Source: Candidatus Zixiibacteriota bacterium | GTDB taxonomy: Bacteria; Zixibacteria; MSB-5A5; UBA10806; 4484-95 | DNA length: 64,000 nucleotides | NCBI GenBank assembly: GCA_037441845.1 | Contig: JBBIRK010000001.1 | Coordinates: 588,472 to 652,471, forward strand | Direction: 5' to 3' | Part shown: piece after piece, positions 1 to 9,700 of the stretch | How positions within the stretch are numbered: position 1 is the first letter of the stretch | Layout of the letters: the number at the start of each line of letters is the position of its first letter | Program-made: the position numbers and the translations under genes | The notes under the pieces: model-generated | Database searches by the model: none | What the model was told of the DNA's origin: nothing | What the model saw: only the letters and a program-made list of their open reading frames with translations

Positions 1-434
1 GCCTTTTTGGACTGCGCCTGCCTGACTATTGGAATCTTTACCTGAGGCTTTTTTGGCAATCGGGCAAGAGATATACCACTTATACGCGGGTGGAAAGCGA
101 GGGAGAGGAAACACAATATATTAAAAACAACAACGATCCTTACAGTCGCACCGCCCAGGCATGGCGCTGGGCCGACCTCAGCCTGAAAAAGCATTTCCGG
201 TTCCAGGGATTGCAATACTCCGTGTTCATGGAAATCACCAATATAACGAACGCGCAGAATTCGAAAATCATAAATCCGCTGACCGGCAAGGCATACGAAT
301 ACGGCGATGAGGTTCTGCCCGGCTGGAACGATCCTCTCAATCCCGATCGCAACCCAACATCTCCATTCCCGTTCGACCCCTCCCGCTATCTGGCGCCGCG
401 CAACATCAAATTGGGGGTTTCCATATCGTGGTGA
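1..434 (+). CDS. TonB-dependent receptor-like outer-membrane protein, C-terminal fragment (5' truncated by window)
   Basis: Frame open from position 3 (LFGLRLPDYWNLYLRLFWQSGKRYT...). Ends with DLSLKK...NITN...PRNIKLGVSISW, a typical TBDR barrel end with terminal aromatic. Overlaps the PorV-like gene. Confidence 0.75.
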   Translation, partial: LFGLRLPDYWNLYLRLFWQSGKRYTTYTRVESEGEETQYIKNNNDPYSRTAQAWRWADLSLKKHFRFQGLQYSVFMEITNITNAQNSKIINPLTGKAYEYGDEVLPGWNDPLNPDRNPTSPFPFDPSRYLAPRNIKLGVSISW

Positions 435-1444
435 TAAGAAAGCCGCTCTTGACATTGGCGATTGTCGTTGCGGGCATTGTCATGTTCGGCCCGGGTCAAT
501 CGGCCTCGGCGTTCAATATCTTCCCGAGCCTCGGCGGCAGCCGTTCGGGCACTGCGGCGATGACGTTTCTGAGAATAGGAGTCGGAGCCCGCGCGGCCGC
601 CATGGCCGGAGCGTATTCGTCGATGTGCACCGACGCTTTCTCGCTGTATCACAATCCTGCGGGCGCGGTTTGGGCGGAAAAAGACAATGTCGCCGTGGCG
701 CATAGGCTCTGGGTGGCCGACATCAGTCACAATTTCGTGGGGATTACCAAGCATTTCGGAGAATATAACGTCGTAGGCTTATCTTTGATCAGCCTGACCA
801 CCGATCCGATTGCGGTCACCGATGAATATCACCCCTATGGCACCGGCGAAACCATGGAATATTCGGATTTCGCTGTCGGAGGTAGCTACTCGGTCCGGCT
901 CACGGATTACTTTTCGTTCGGACTGACCATAAAATATGCGCAGGAAAACCTCGCCGATCTGAAAATTCACGCCACCTTGATCGATCTCGGCACACTGTAT
1001 CATACCGGTTTTTACGGCACGCGGTTCGCGATAAACATGGCCAATTTCGGCCCCCGCCTGCAACCATCGGGAAACTACATCTATAAAACGGTCTCCGGTG
1101 AGTTGATCCAAAAAGAGTATCAGTCTTTTTCACCGCCGACCGTATTCAAGGTTTCGGTGGCTTTCGATCCTTTGGCCGACGACGGCAACAAACTGTCCTG
1201 CATCTCCCAGCTTAATCATCCCACGGACAACGCCGAAAATATAGCTTTGGGTCTTGAATATTCTCTGAACGATAGACTGTTTCTCAGGGGCGGCTATCTG
1301 ATCAATTCGCGGGTCGAAAATTACTCGCTGGGCGGAGGACTGAAAATAGATCTGCCGTTTGCCGCATTTTCGTTCGATTACGCCTACACCGGTATGAGCG
1401 ACCTGGGAGGCACGAGCAATTTTTCGCTGGTGCTGGGATTTTGA
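428..1444 (+). CDS. PorV/PorQ family (UPF0164) outer-membrane beta-barrel, T9SS-associated
   Basis: Signal peptide, then FLRIGVGARAAAMAGAY...SLYHNPAG family motif; C-terminal DYAY...FSLVLGF. Confidence 0.8.
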   Translation: MVIRKPLLTLAIVVAGIVMFGPGQSASAFNIFPSLGGSRSGTAAMTFLRIGVGARAAAMAGAYSSMCTDAFSLYHNPAGAVWAEKDNVAVAHRLWVADISHNFVGITKHFGEYNVVGLSLISLTTDPIAVTDEYHPYGTGETMEYSDFAVGGSYSVRLTDYFSFGLTIKYAQENLADLKIHATLIDLGTLYHTGFYGTRFAINMANFGPRLQPSGNYIYKTVSGELIQKEYQSFSPPTVFKVSVAFDPLADDGNKLSCISQLNHPTDNAENIALGLEYSLNDRLFLRGGYLINSRVENYSLGGGLKIDLPFAAFSFDYAYTGMSDLGGTSNFSLVLGF

Positions 1445-1451
1445 GATAAGC

Positions 1452-3506
1452 ATGATTTTTTCGTCGGGAATAAAAGCAGGCGGGACGAAACTAGGACTCC
1501 TGTCTATTGCGTCATTTAATACGGCTTTGGGACTCGGTTTGCTTTTCACCGCGGTGCTTTTCTTATCCTGCGGCCGCAAGATAACTCAGCCGCAGGAGAT
1601 AATAATGCCTCCGGCTCCGGTCCTGCTATCGACTATCGACACGCCGGGTAATGCCCGGGCGGTTTGGCAAGATGGCAACTATGCTTTCATAGCCGATTAT
1701 CTGGGCGGGCTTCAGATCGTGGCCGTGGCCGAGCCAACCGCCCCGGTAATTGTCGGCCACTCGCAGACCGCCTCGCCGGCATTCGATATTATCGTATCGG
1801 ATGATCATGCTTACGTCGCTTGCGGTTCGGCGGGCGTCAAGGTGATCGATGTATCAGTTCCCACCACCCCAATCTCCGTCGCCCAGATCAATGCTTCGGC
1901 GGCGCGCCGTTTGGCAATGTCGGGAGAACTTCTATTAATAGCCGATTCCCTCGATGGCCTTATTCTCGTTGATATATCTAACCCGACTTCACCGCAGTTG
2001 CTCGAAATCCATAGCCCCACGGCCTCGATAAGAGCGCTCGCCGCCTCCGGCGATATCGTTTGGTCGGTGGATACGGAAGCGCGATTGATCGGATTGGACG
2101 TAAGTGATCCCCAGGCGATACAGCAAATATCTTCGCTATCTTTGCCGAGCCTGGGAAGGGATATCTTGGTTTCGGAAAGTTACGCCTATATCGCCTCGAG
2201 CGCCGATGGCGTGCTGGTGGTTAATATCGCCAACCCCTCGTCTCCGGTTCTATTATCATCGTGGGATACGCCCGGAAAGCCGCAGGGACTGTTTGTACAG
2301 CAGAATTATCTGTTTGCGGCGGACAGCATGGGGGGTCTGCAGATCGCCGATATCGCCGCCGTGACAAGTCCTGTTCCGGCGGGCGATTTGAATTTGGCGG
2401 GAGCGGCGCTCGATATTTTCGCAAAAGGCAATGTCTTATACATAGCAACCGATGATCGCGGGTTGTCGTTGGTCCGTTTTCCGGGCAATATAAGCGAAAC
2501 CACTTTCGTGCAGCTTAATCCTCCCTGGGACCGCGAACGGGGATACGATTTTAATAACCCGGGGGCGATAATAATAGGATATGACACCTACCTTTACGTC
2601 GCCGATACCGACAACGACCGCATTATCAGGCTCGATGCCGCCGGGACGATAAGCGCCTATTATTCGGTCCCTCACCCTGTGGGAATAACCCAGGACGAGC
2701 TGTTACGTCTGCTGGTGGTTACCGGTCAATCGCGCGAGATTTATAAAATAGACGTGGGTCCGGGGGGAGATGGAACCGCTGTTCGATGCTTCAGCGGCAC
2801 GAGCGCAAAGGATTCGCTTCTTGGAATAGATTCCACCGAGGTTTTCACAGCCATCGCGGATGCCCCCGATTATCGCAAGAAATACTATGTGGCTGCGGCC
2901 TCGCCTTTGATAGATCAAAGTGGTAAAATCCTTGCATTCGGCAATGCCGTTGCAATAGCTGAGAATAGTGATACCCTGTACGATCCCAAATTCCTTGTTT
3001 CGGGAGATACCGCCCGAAATCCGATCATCGCCTACGGCACCGGCCTGGGATACGCGGATCACCCTATAGGACTACTTGCATTCCGCCGCAGCAACGTGGA
3101 GCATCTTTTAATCGTTCAGGATTCGGCAAGTTTCAAAACCCAGCTTTTGAACTGGACGAATAACACCTACTATCGAATCGGCTGGTATGCAGCCACTATA
3201 TTGCCGGGCGCCGACAACGATCTGTATCGCGCCAACATCTTCACGGCGCCGCTGGCGGCAACCGTCGATTCCTCGGGCAATATCTATGTGGTTCAGAAAA
3301 GCACTGGGGCAATATACTGCGCATTCAAATTCAACTCGACCGGCCAACTCAAGGAGGCTTTCGCGCAGCCGGGAAACGGCGCCGGACAATTGATGAATCC
3401 TCGCGGCGTAGCCTACGACAATCATCCCAACCGCAAGACATTATTTATCGTCGACAGCGGCAACAACAGAATCCTACGCTTCAAGCTGTCCACCGACATA
3501 CAATAA
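1452..3506 (+). CDS. Lipoprotein with LVIVD-repeat beta-propeller and NHL-repeat domain
   Basis: Lipobox LFLSC; repeated DTPG/YAFIAD..GLQIVxV units; NHL motifs LYVADTDNDRI and NPRGVA...IVDSGNNRI. True start may be later. Confidence 0.8.
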   Translation: MIFSSGIKAGGTKLGLLSIASFNTALGLGLLFTAVLFLSCGRKITQPQEIIMPPAPVLLSTIDTPGNARAVWQDGNYAFIADYLGGLQIVAVAEPTAPVIVGHSQTASPAFDIIVSDDHAYVACGSAGVKVIDVSVPTTPISVAQINASAARRLAMSGELLLIADSLDGLILVDISNPTSPQLLEIHSPTASIRALAASGDIVWSVDTEARLIGLDVSDPQAIQQISSLSLPSLGRDILVSESYAYIASSADGVLVVNIANPSSPVLLSSWDTPGKPQGLFVQQNYLFAADSMGGLQIADIAAVTSPVPAGDLNLAGAALDIFAKGNVLYIATDDRGLSLVRFPGNISETTFVQLNPPWDRERGYDFNNPGAIIIGYDTYLYVADTDNDRIIRLDAAGTISAYYSVPHPVGITQDELLRLLVVTGQSREIYKIDVGPGGDGTAVRCFSGTSAKDSLLGIDSTEVFTAIADAPDYRKKYYVAAASPLIDQSGKILAFGNAVAIAENSDTLYDPKFLVSGDTARNPIIAYGTGLGYADHPIGLLAFRRSNVEHLLIVQDSASFKTQLLNWTNNTYYRIGWYAATILPGADNDLYRANIFTAPLAATVDSSGNIYVVQKSTGAIYCAFKFNSTGQLKEAFAQPGNGAGQLMNPRGVAYDNHPNRKTLFIVDSGNNRILRFKLSTDIQ

Positions 3507-3699
3507 AACGCCGGCAAGAAGGTTGGTCGAAACAAAAAGGTTCGTTCCGGATTTGGGTCATGGACGAGCCGTTGGAAGCTTGGCTTCCTGCGAGACCATT
3601 GTCTCTTACTGAAGTTGACAGACAATTTTAGCTCAATTGAAACGCTTTAATTGATTAGGTTACGTGGAGCACGAATTTCCGCCATTGCTTCTCATGGAT

Positions 3700-3916
3700 T
3701 GACATGATAATTACATCTATATATTACCTAAGTAAATAATAATCATAATAACAATGTTTATTATGTGCACCGGGCGATAATAAACAGGCAATTGCATATT
3801 ATATCACCTTTTCCGTTCTCGATACCGCGGTGGATAAAATGCCGATATTTTCTTGATCGCCGTTTATTTCTCAGCCTATTTATTTTTTCAACTTTCGTTC
3901 AACCGGCTTTTCCACA
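3700..3916. other. Candidate oriC elements upstream of dnaA
   Basis: AT-rich tract about 3700-3765; one-mismatch DnaA boxes TTATCCACC (minus, 3829-3837) and TTTTCCACA (plus, 3908-3916); NAN trinucleotide run 3735-3755. Confidence 0.5.
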
Positions 3917-4138
3917 ATCACCCGATATTTTTTCTTTGTTTTTCGCATTGCCGGGAAATCTCAGCGAACAAATTTTTTGCCATGAGACAAAGCTTAAGCA
4001 AAAGGAAATAAAATTCTAATTTTTTTTTCATCGAGGGCGTAAGTCGCATGATTTAAATCGGGAATTTCTCGATTCATCGCTGTAATCCAAAAAAAACAAT
4101 AGGGATATAAAATTCACGAATTATATCCAGCTAAAATC

Positions 4139-4167
4139 TTGACATTATATTAGCCCCCCTGTTTTTT
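4139..4167 (+). promoter_or_regulatory. Putative sigma70 promoter of dnaA
   Basis: Perfect TTGACA at 4139-4144, 17-nt spacer, weak T-rich -10. Confidence 0.4.
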
Positions 4168-4190
4168 TACGCACGCAACCCAATAAGGGG

Positions 4191-4341
4191 ATGCCGCAAT
4201 AAAAGATGCTTTCGTCGCGAAAGTGTTCGGTGTCACCATGATGGTTTCCGGGTTGCGGCATTAGAGGGCCTTCAGGGCCAGGGAAGGTAAGGGGGTTTGC
4301 AGTTAACCTTTGCCTCTCTTATATGGCTCAGCGATGAGCCA
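4191..4341 (+). promoter_or_regulatory. Structured 5' leader of dnaA
   Basis: Stems 4191-4200/4252-4261, 4205-4214/4218-4227, 4263-4267/4313-4317, and TGGCTCA-GCGA-TGAGCCA at 4324-4341. Confidence 0.45.
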
Positions 4342-4386
4342 AAACGTAGTAATTAACATTCATCAAGCGCTTTTCGACGGATTTCG

Positions 4387-5715
4387 ATGCAGTCAGCGAA
4401 CGTTTCCTGGCAGGAATGCCTGAGTGTTTTAAGCGAACGTATCCAACCGCAAAGTTTCAAGACCTGGCTTAAGCCGACTCAACTGATCAGCGACGACGGC
4501 AATTTTCTCGAGATCGCCGTCCCCAACCGGTTCGTGGCCAACTGGCTTGAAAACAATTACACGGAGCAAATCGTACAGGCGGTCCGCGAGGTTTGCGGCG
4601 CACCCAGAAAATTGAAGTATTGCGTGTCACCTTCCACTCCCCGTCCCGTGCCGGTGCAACCGCCGCCGCCCGTTCCCATGGATAACTACAGCCGCACTCT
4701 ATTGAACCGCCGCTATACTTTTGATAATTTCGTCGTCGGCGATTCCAATCAGTTCGCCCATGCCGCAGCCGTCGCTGTGGCCGACGCGCCGGGCCGCAAC
4801 AAGTTCAATCCGCTTTACCTTTACGGAGGAGTCGGACTCGGCAAAACCCATTTGGTCCAGGCCATAGGCAACGCCGTCGCCGGAAACGGAGCCGGTCTCA
4901 ATATCCTCTACGTCACCAGCGAGAAATTCACCAACGATTTCATACGGGCGATCGCCGAACAGAAAACGGCCGACTTCGCCAATTATTATCGCAGCGTGGA
5001 CTTGCTTCTTATCGACGATATTCAGTTCCTCACCGGCAAGGAGGCCACCCAGGTTCAGTTTTTCCACACTTTCAATTCGCTTCAGCAGACAGGCGGCCAG
5101 ATCGTCATGACCTCGGATCGCCCTCCGCACGAAATCCACGGTCTGGAGGAGCGCTTGTTGTCGAGATTCCAGTGCGGTTTGGTGGCCGATATTCAGCCGC
5201 CCGATTTCGAAATGCGCCTGGCCATATTGAACAAACGTCTTTCCGCTGAGGGATTGAAGGTCTCTCCGGAAATAGCCGCCATGATCGCCGATGGTATCCG
5301 CTCGAACGTGCGCGAACTCGAGGGGTTCTTGATCGGCCTGAGCGCCTGCTCGTCGCTTACTCGGCAGGAGATTACGGCCGAGCTGGTCACCCAATTATTG
5401 GAAAAAAGAGCCAGTAAAAAGCCCAAGGAAATATCACTCGAGGAAATCCAGAAGACAGTATCGGAGTATTTACGCGTGTCGCCGGAATCGTTGAAAAGCA
5501 AGAACAAGACGCTCGAGGTCGTTACCGCCAGGCAGATCGCCATGTATATCGCCAAGCATCACACCGGGCATTCTCTCAAAAAGATCGGCGAGTTTTTCGG
5601 CAATCGCGACCACTCCACGGTGATTCACGCGATCACCAAAATAGCCGAATCGCTTTCGATCGACGGCAATCTCAAGCATCGTCTCGACGAAATTTTGAAA
5701 CGCTTGACCGCTTGA
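4387..5715 (+). CDS. dnaA: Chromosomal replication initiator DnaA
   Basis: YTFDNFVVGDSN, NPLYLYGGVGLGKTHL (Walker A), LLIDDIQF, domain IV RDHSTVIHA. Confidence 0.99.
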   Translation: MQSANVSWQECLSVLSERIQPQSFKTWLKPTQLISDDGNFLEIAVPNRFVANWLENNYTEQIVQAVREVCGAPRKLKYCVSPSTPRPVPVQPPPPVPMDNYSRTLLNRRYTFDNFVVGDSNQFAHAAAVAVADAPGRNKFNPLYLYGGVGLGKTHLVQAIGNAVAGNGAGLNILYVTSEKFTNDFIRAIAEQKTADFANYYRSVDLLLIDDIQFLTGKEATQVQFFHTFNSLQQTGGQIVMTSDRPPHEIHGLEERLLSRFQCGLVADIQPPDFEMRLAILNKRLSAEGLKVSPEIAAMIADGIRSNVRELEGFLIGLSACSSLTRQEITAELVTQLLEKRASKKPKEISLEEIQKTVSEYLRVSPESLKSKNKTLEVVTARQIAMYIAKHHTGHSLKKIGEFFGNRDHSTVIHAITKIAESLSIDGNLKHRLDEILKRLTA

Positions 5716-5861
5716 CGCCGGCGTTATAGACCGCTCCTCCCACTGTTCTATCAATAAGTCCATATAATTACATGGAGTGGCCATGGTCTATGTCCGGCCG
5801 GGGGAACCGGCAGGGCACAATCATGGTTAAAAAGGCAAATGATGAAAATAACGGAGGCAAA

Positions 5862-6515
5862 ATGAAAAAGCTATTTTCCTTACTGGTTGTCATCGGCGTC
5901 GCCGCAGCCGCTTTCGCCCAGCAGGCCGAAATGAAAACGTTCCATGCGAACGACGATAAAAAAAGAGACGTCATAAGTTTCACCTCGAAGGCGCCACTGG
6001 AGACGATTGTCGGCACTACGGCGGACGTATTGGGCTATGTTACGGTCGATCCGAATAATGTCCTCGCCGGAGCCAAAGCAAGGTTCGAGGTCGATTTGGC
6101 CAGCCTGAAAACCGGTATCTCGCTTCGCGATCAGCACATGCGGGAACAATACCTGGAAACCGATAAGTACTCGAAGACCACTTTCGAACTGACCCGAGTT
6201 GTTTCTTCGGACAATCCTCAATTGCTTGACGGCAAGGCGACCCACCTCGTGCTCGAGGGGAATTTCACCGTGCATGGGGTAACGAAGCTTATCCAGATTC
6301 CGGCGACCGTTACTTATATGAAAGAAAGCGAGGTCACGAAAACCCGCCTGCCGGGCGATTTGCTGCATATCGAGGCCACCTTCACTATTATGCTCGGCGA
6401 TTACTCGATCAAGAGGCCGCAATTCGTAATTCTCAAACTCGACGAGGCTCAGAAGATAAATATCGATATTTTCGCGGCCACCGGTTTACCGCCGGTCGAT
6501 TTTAAGGGCAATTAA
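5862..6515 (+). CDS. YceI family periplasmic lipid/polyisoprenoid-binding protein
   Basis: Start moved to ATG 5862 (GGAGG RBS, signal peptide MKKLFSLL...AFA); SLKTGISLRDQHMR and GNFTVHGVTK motifs. Confidence 0.9.
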   Translation: MKKLFSLLVVIGVAAAAFAQQAEMKTFHANDDKKRDVISFTSKAPLETIVGTTADVLGYVTVDPNNVLAGAKARFEVDLASLKTGISLRDQHMREQYLETDKYSKTTFELTRVVSSDNPQLLDGKATHLVLEGNFTVHGVTKLIQIPATVTYMKESEVTKTRLPGDLLHIEATFTIMLGDYSIKRPQFVILKLDEAQKINIDIFAATGLPPVDFKGN

Positions 6516-6552
6516 AGCATAATATAAATTCTCCTTTCCGCTTCATCTGTTT

Positions 6553-6588
6553 GCGCCCTGGCGGCTGATAAGCCGGGGCGCTTTTTTT
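6553..6588 (+). terminator. Intrinsic terminator after YceI gene
   Basis: GCGCCC(TGG)CGGCT-GATA-AGCCGGGGCGC followed by T7. Confidence 0.7.
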
Positions 6589-6743
6589 GCCCCGGTTGCT
6601 GGTCCCCCAGCCATAAAAAATGTTTGTAAATTTTGGATTTCTTTGTATTATAAATTTGTGGCTTCGCGATTGGAGGCGTAGCGTCTTTTGCAGGAGCTTT
6701 CAATTATCCATATTATTTAATAACAATATTTTCTAAAAAGAGG

Positions 6744-9700
6744 ATGGACATGAGGACTTTTAAGGCTTTCCTCGCGATGCTGGCGGTGATTCTGCTTTGG
6801 CTGCCGGCGGTGGCGGGCACGATCGACCCCTATCTGGCTCAAAAGCTCGAGGGGTCTGCTAAGGATGCCTATCATAAGGTTATCTTGATGATGGCTGAGC
6901 AGGCGGATATCTACGCTCTGGATCAGCAACTGACCGCCGCCAAGGCGACTCTCGCAGAAAGGAATCGGCAGGTGGTTACCTCGCTTCGGACGATCGCAAC
7001 CAGAACCCAAGGGCCGGTATTGGCGGCGCTCGCCGATCTCGAATCCACCGGAAGCGTCAAGAACGTGATCAATCTTTGGATCGCAAACATGATCGTGTTC
7101 GAAGGAACCGCCGATGCCATTCGTCAGGCAGCGTCGATGAACGAAGTTGCCATGATCTATTTCGATCCGCCGATCGAACTGATCGAGCCGGTCAAGGCGA
7201 AACCGGCCCCGGCCGACAGGGTCATAACCAGCCATGAAATAGGCCTCGATAGAATCAACGCACCAGCGGCTTGGTCGCTCGGTTTCACCGGCGCCGGCCG
7301 CGTAATCGCCAATATGGATACCGGCGTTGACGGCAATCATCCCGCGCTCGCCTCCCGTTTCAGAGGCGATGTCAACGGCAACGGCAATTACGAGGAAAGC
7401 TGGTTCGATCCTTACGATACTCATTATCCTTTTCCCACCGACACACACGGCCATGGCACCCATACGATGGGCACCATCTGCGGCCGCACTCCTTCGGGAG
7501 ATACGATTGGCGTGGCCATAGACGCCCAGTGGATCGCTGCGGCTCCGATCGACCGTGGAGGTGGAATAGGCAGAACCATTTCCGATGCAGTCTTGTCGTT
7601 TCAGTGGATCGCCGATCCCGATGGCAACCCCAACACGCAGGATAATCCCGATGCGGTGGGGAATTCATGGGGCATTCCCGATGGCGCCGGCTATCCCAAT
7701 TGCGACCAAACTTTTTGGGTGGTGATTGATAACTGCGAAGCCGCCGGGACCGCCGTCATTTTCTCGGCCGGTAACGAAAGCACCAGCGGCTTGCGTTCCC
7801 CCGCCGATCGCGCCACCACCTATTACAACTGTTTTTCAGTCGGCGCTGTCGATGGCAACGATCCCAACCTGCCGATCGCCTATTTTTCGGCGCTCGGGCC
7901 GACCGAGTGCGCCACCGGCGATTTGGCCATAAAGCCTGAAGTCGTTGCTCCGGGTGTGGATGTAAGAAGCTCGCTTCCCAACAATAGCTATGGCTATTAC
8001 AGCGGCACTTCGATGGCCAGCCCGCACGTTACCGGTTCATGCGCGGTTATCCGTCAGGCGAATCCCAACATCGACGTTAACAGCATGAAGAACCTTCTCA
8101 TGTTAACCGCCACCGATCTCGGACCGACGGGTGAGGAGAACACCTATGGCCACGGAATCATCAATCTTTACCTTGCCGTTTTAATGGCGGCCGAGGGAGG
8201 CTACGTCGAGGGTTACATCCGCGATGCCATTACATCGCTTCCACTGCCCGGCAGGGTGAGACTTGTCGGAGGATTGGTGCAAACCACCGCCGGCGCCGAT
8301 GGTCATTACCTAATGTTTTTGCCAGGGGATACTACGGTTACCCTCGAAGCCTCTTATTTCGGTTATCTGCCGTTGCAGTATCAAGTGGCCGTTATAAGCG
8401 ACGATACGGTAACCCGCGATTTCGCGCTTAATCTCGCCCCAACCGCAGTGTTAGAGGGGACGGTCTCCGCGGTCGGCGGCGGCAATATCCCCAATGCGGT
8501 CGTGCAGATCTTGGATACGCCGATTGCGCCGGAAACCACCGATGCCAACGGTTTCTATATTTTCCCAACGGTCCCCTCGGGCTCTGCCTATCGTGTCCAG
8601 GTCAATGCTTTGGGCTATGGACGCGGCCTCGATTCGATTTTCGTTCAATATGGGCAGACCAACGTGCTTAACTTTTCGCTTTGGCCCGCTCAGGATTTTG
8701 AAATCACCAACGGCGGCTACACCGGCGATGGTGCCTGGGAATGGGGAACACCGACTTATGGACCTTCGGGCGCTTGGTCAGGCGCCAAATGTTGGGGAAC
8801 CGTCCTCGGCGGGACATATCCCGATTATGCAGATGACACGCTGAAAAGCCCTCCGATTATGGTGACTTCCCCTTCCGCTCGGCTCGAATTCTATCATTGG
8901 TATGCCATGGAAAGCAGTTACGATGGCGGCAACGTAGGCGTATCCACTGATAACGGCGCTACCTGGTCGGTGATTACGCCTGACGGCGATTATCCGGATC
9001 GGGACATTGGCGGCTTTGGTTACCTCGAACCGGGATACACCGGCAACAGCGGCGGCTGGCGATCCGCTTCGTTCGATCTTTCGAGTTTTTACAACCAAAC
9101 TATCATCATAAGGTGGCGTTTCGGCACGGATGGTTCGGTGTACGATGCCGGATGGTATATAGATGACGTCGTTTTGATCGGAACTACTCCGCCCCCACCG
9201 CCGCATCTTTCTTGGTCGCCCTCGTCGTTTACCGTAGATGCTCCTCCGGGAGTAATAGAGGTGCGCAATCTAACATTGACCAACAGCGGCGACGGCCCGC
9301 TCTTTTTCAATTTATCGACGACCACAAACAATCTTTTGCGAATACCCGTCGGTCAATCTTCGCCGCAGTTGAACAGCCAATCGCAAGGAGAACCACTAGG
9401 CTACATGGCTGCGGATAAATCAAAGCCAGGATCGATAGAGGAGCCGTATTATCCTCCGGTAATCAACAATACGGGGGGACCTGACGCTTATGGCCACACC
9501 TGGATCGACTCCGACGAGCCTAACGGCCCAGTGTTCAGCTGGATCGATATCACCGGACCGGGAACGCCCGTGAATCTCTACGATGACAGCTATGCGGGTC
9601 CGTTCTCGATAGGCTTTCCTTTTGAATTTTACGGAACCAGCTACAACGAGCTGTATATCGGCTCGAACGGTATCCTGACTTTCGGCTCGGGCAGCTCTTC

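Noticed and set aside
3422..3625. Basic 67-aa ORF divergent from dnaA as rpmH (L34)
   Set aside because: Lacks MKRT(F/Y)QP and HGF motifs, and overlaps the upstream gene.
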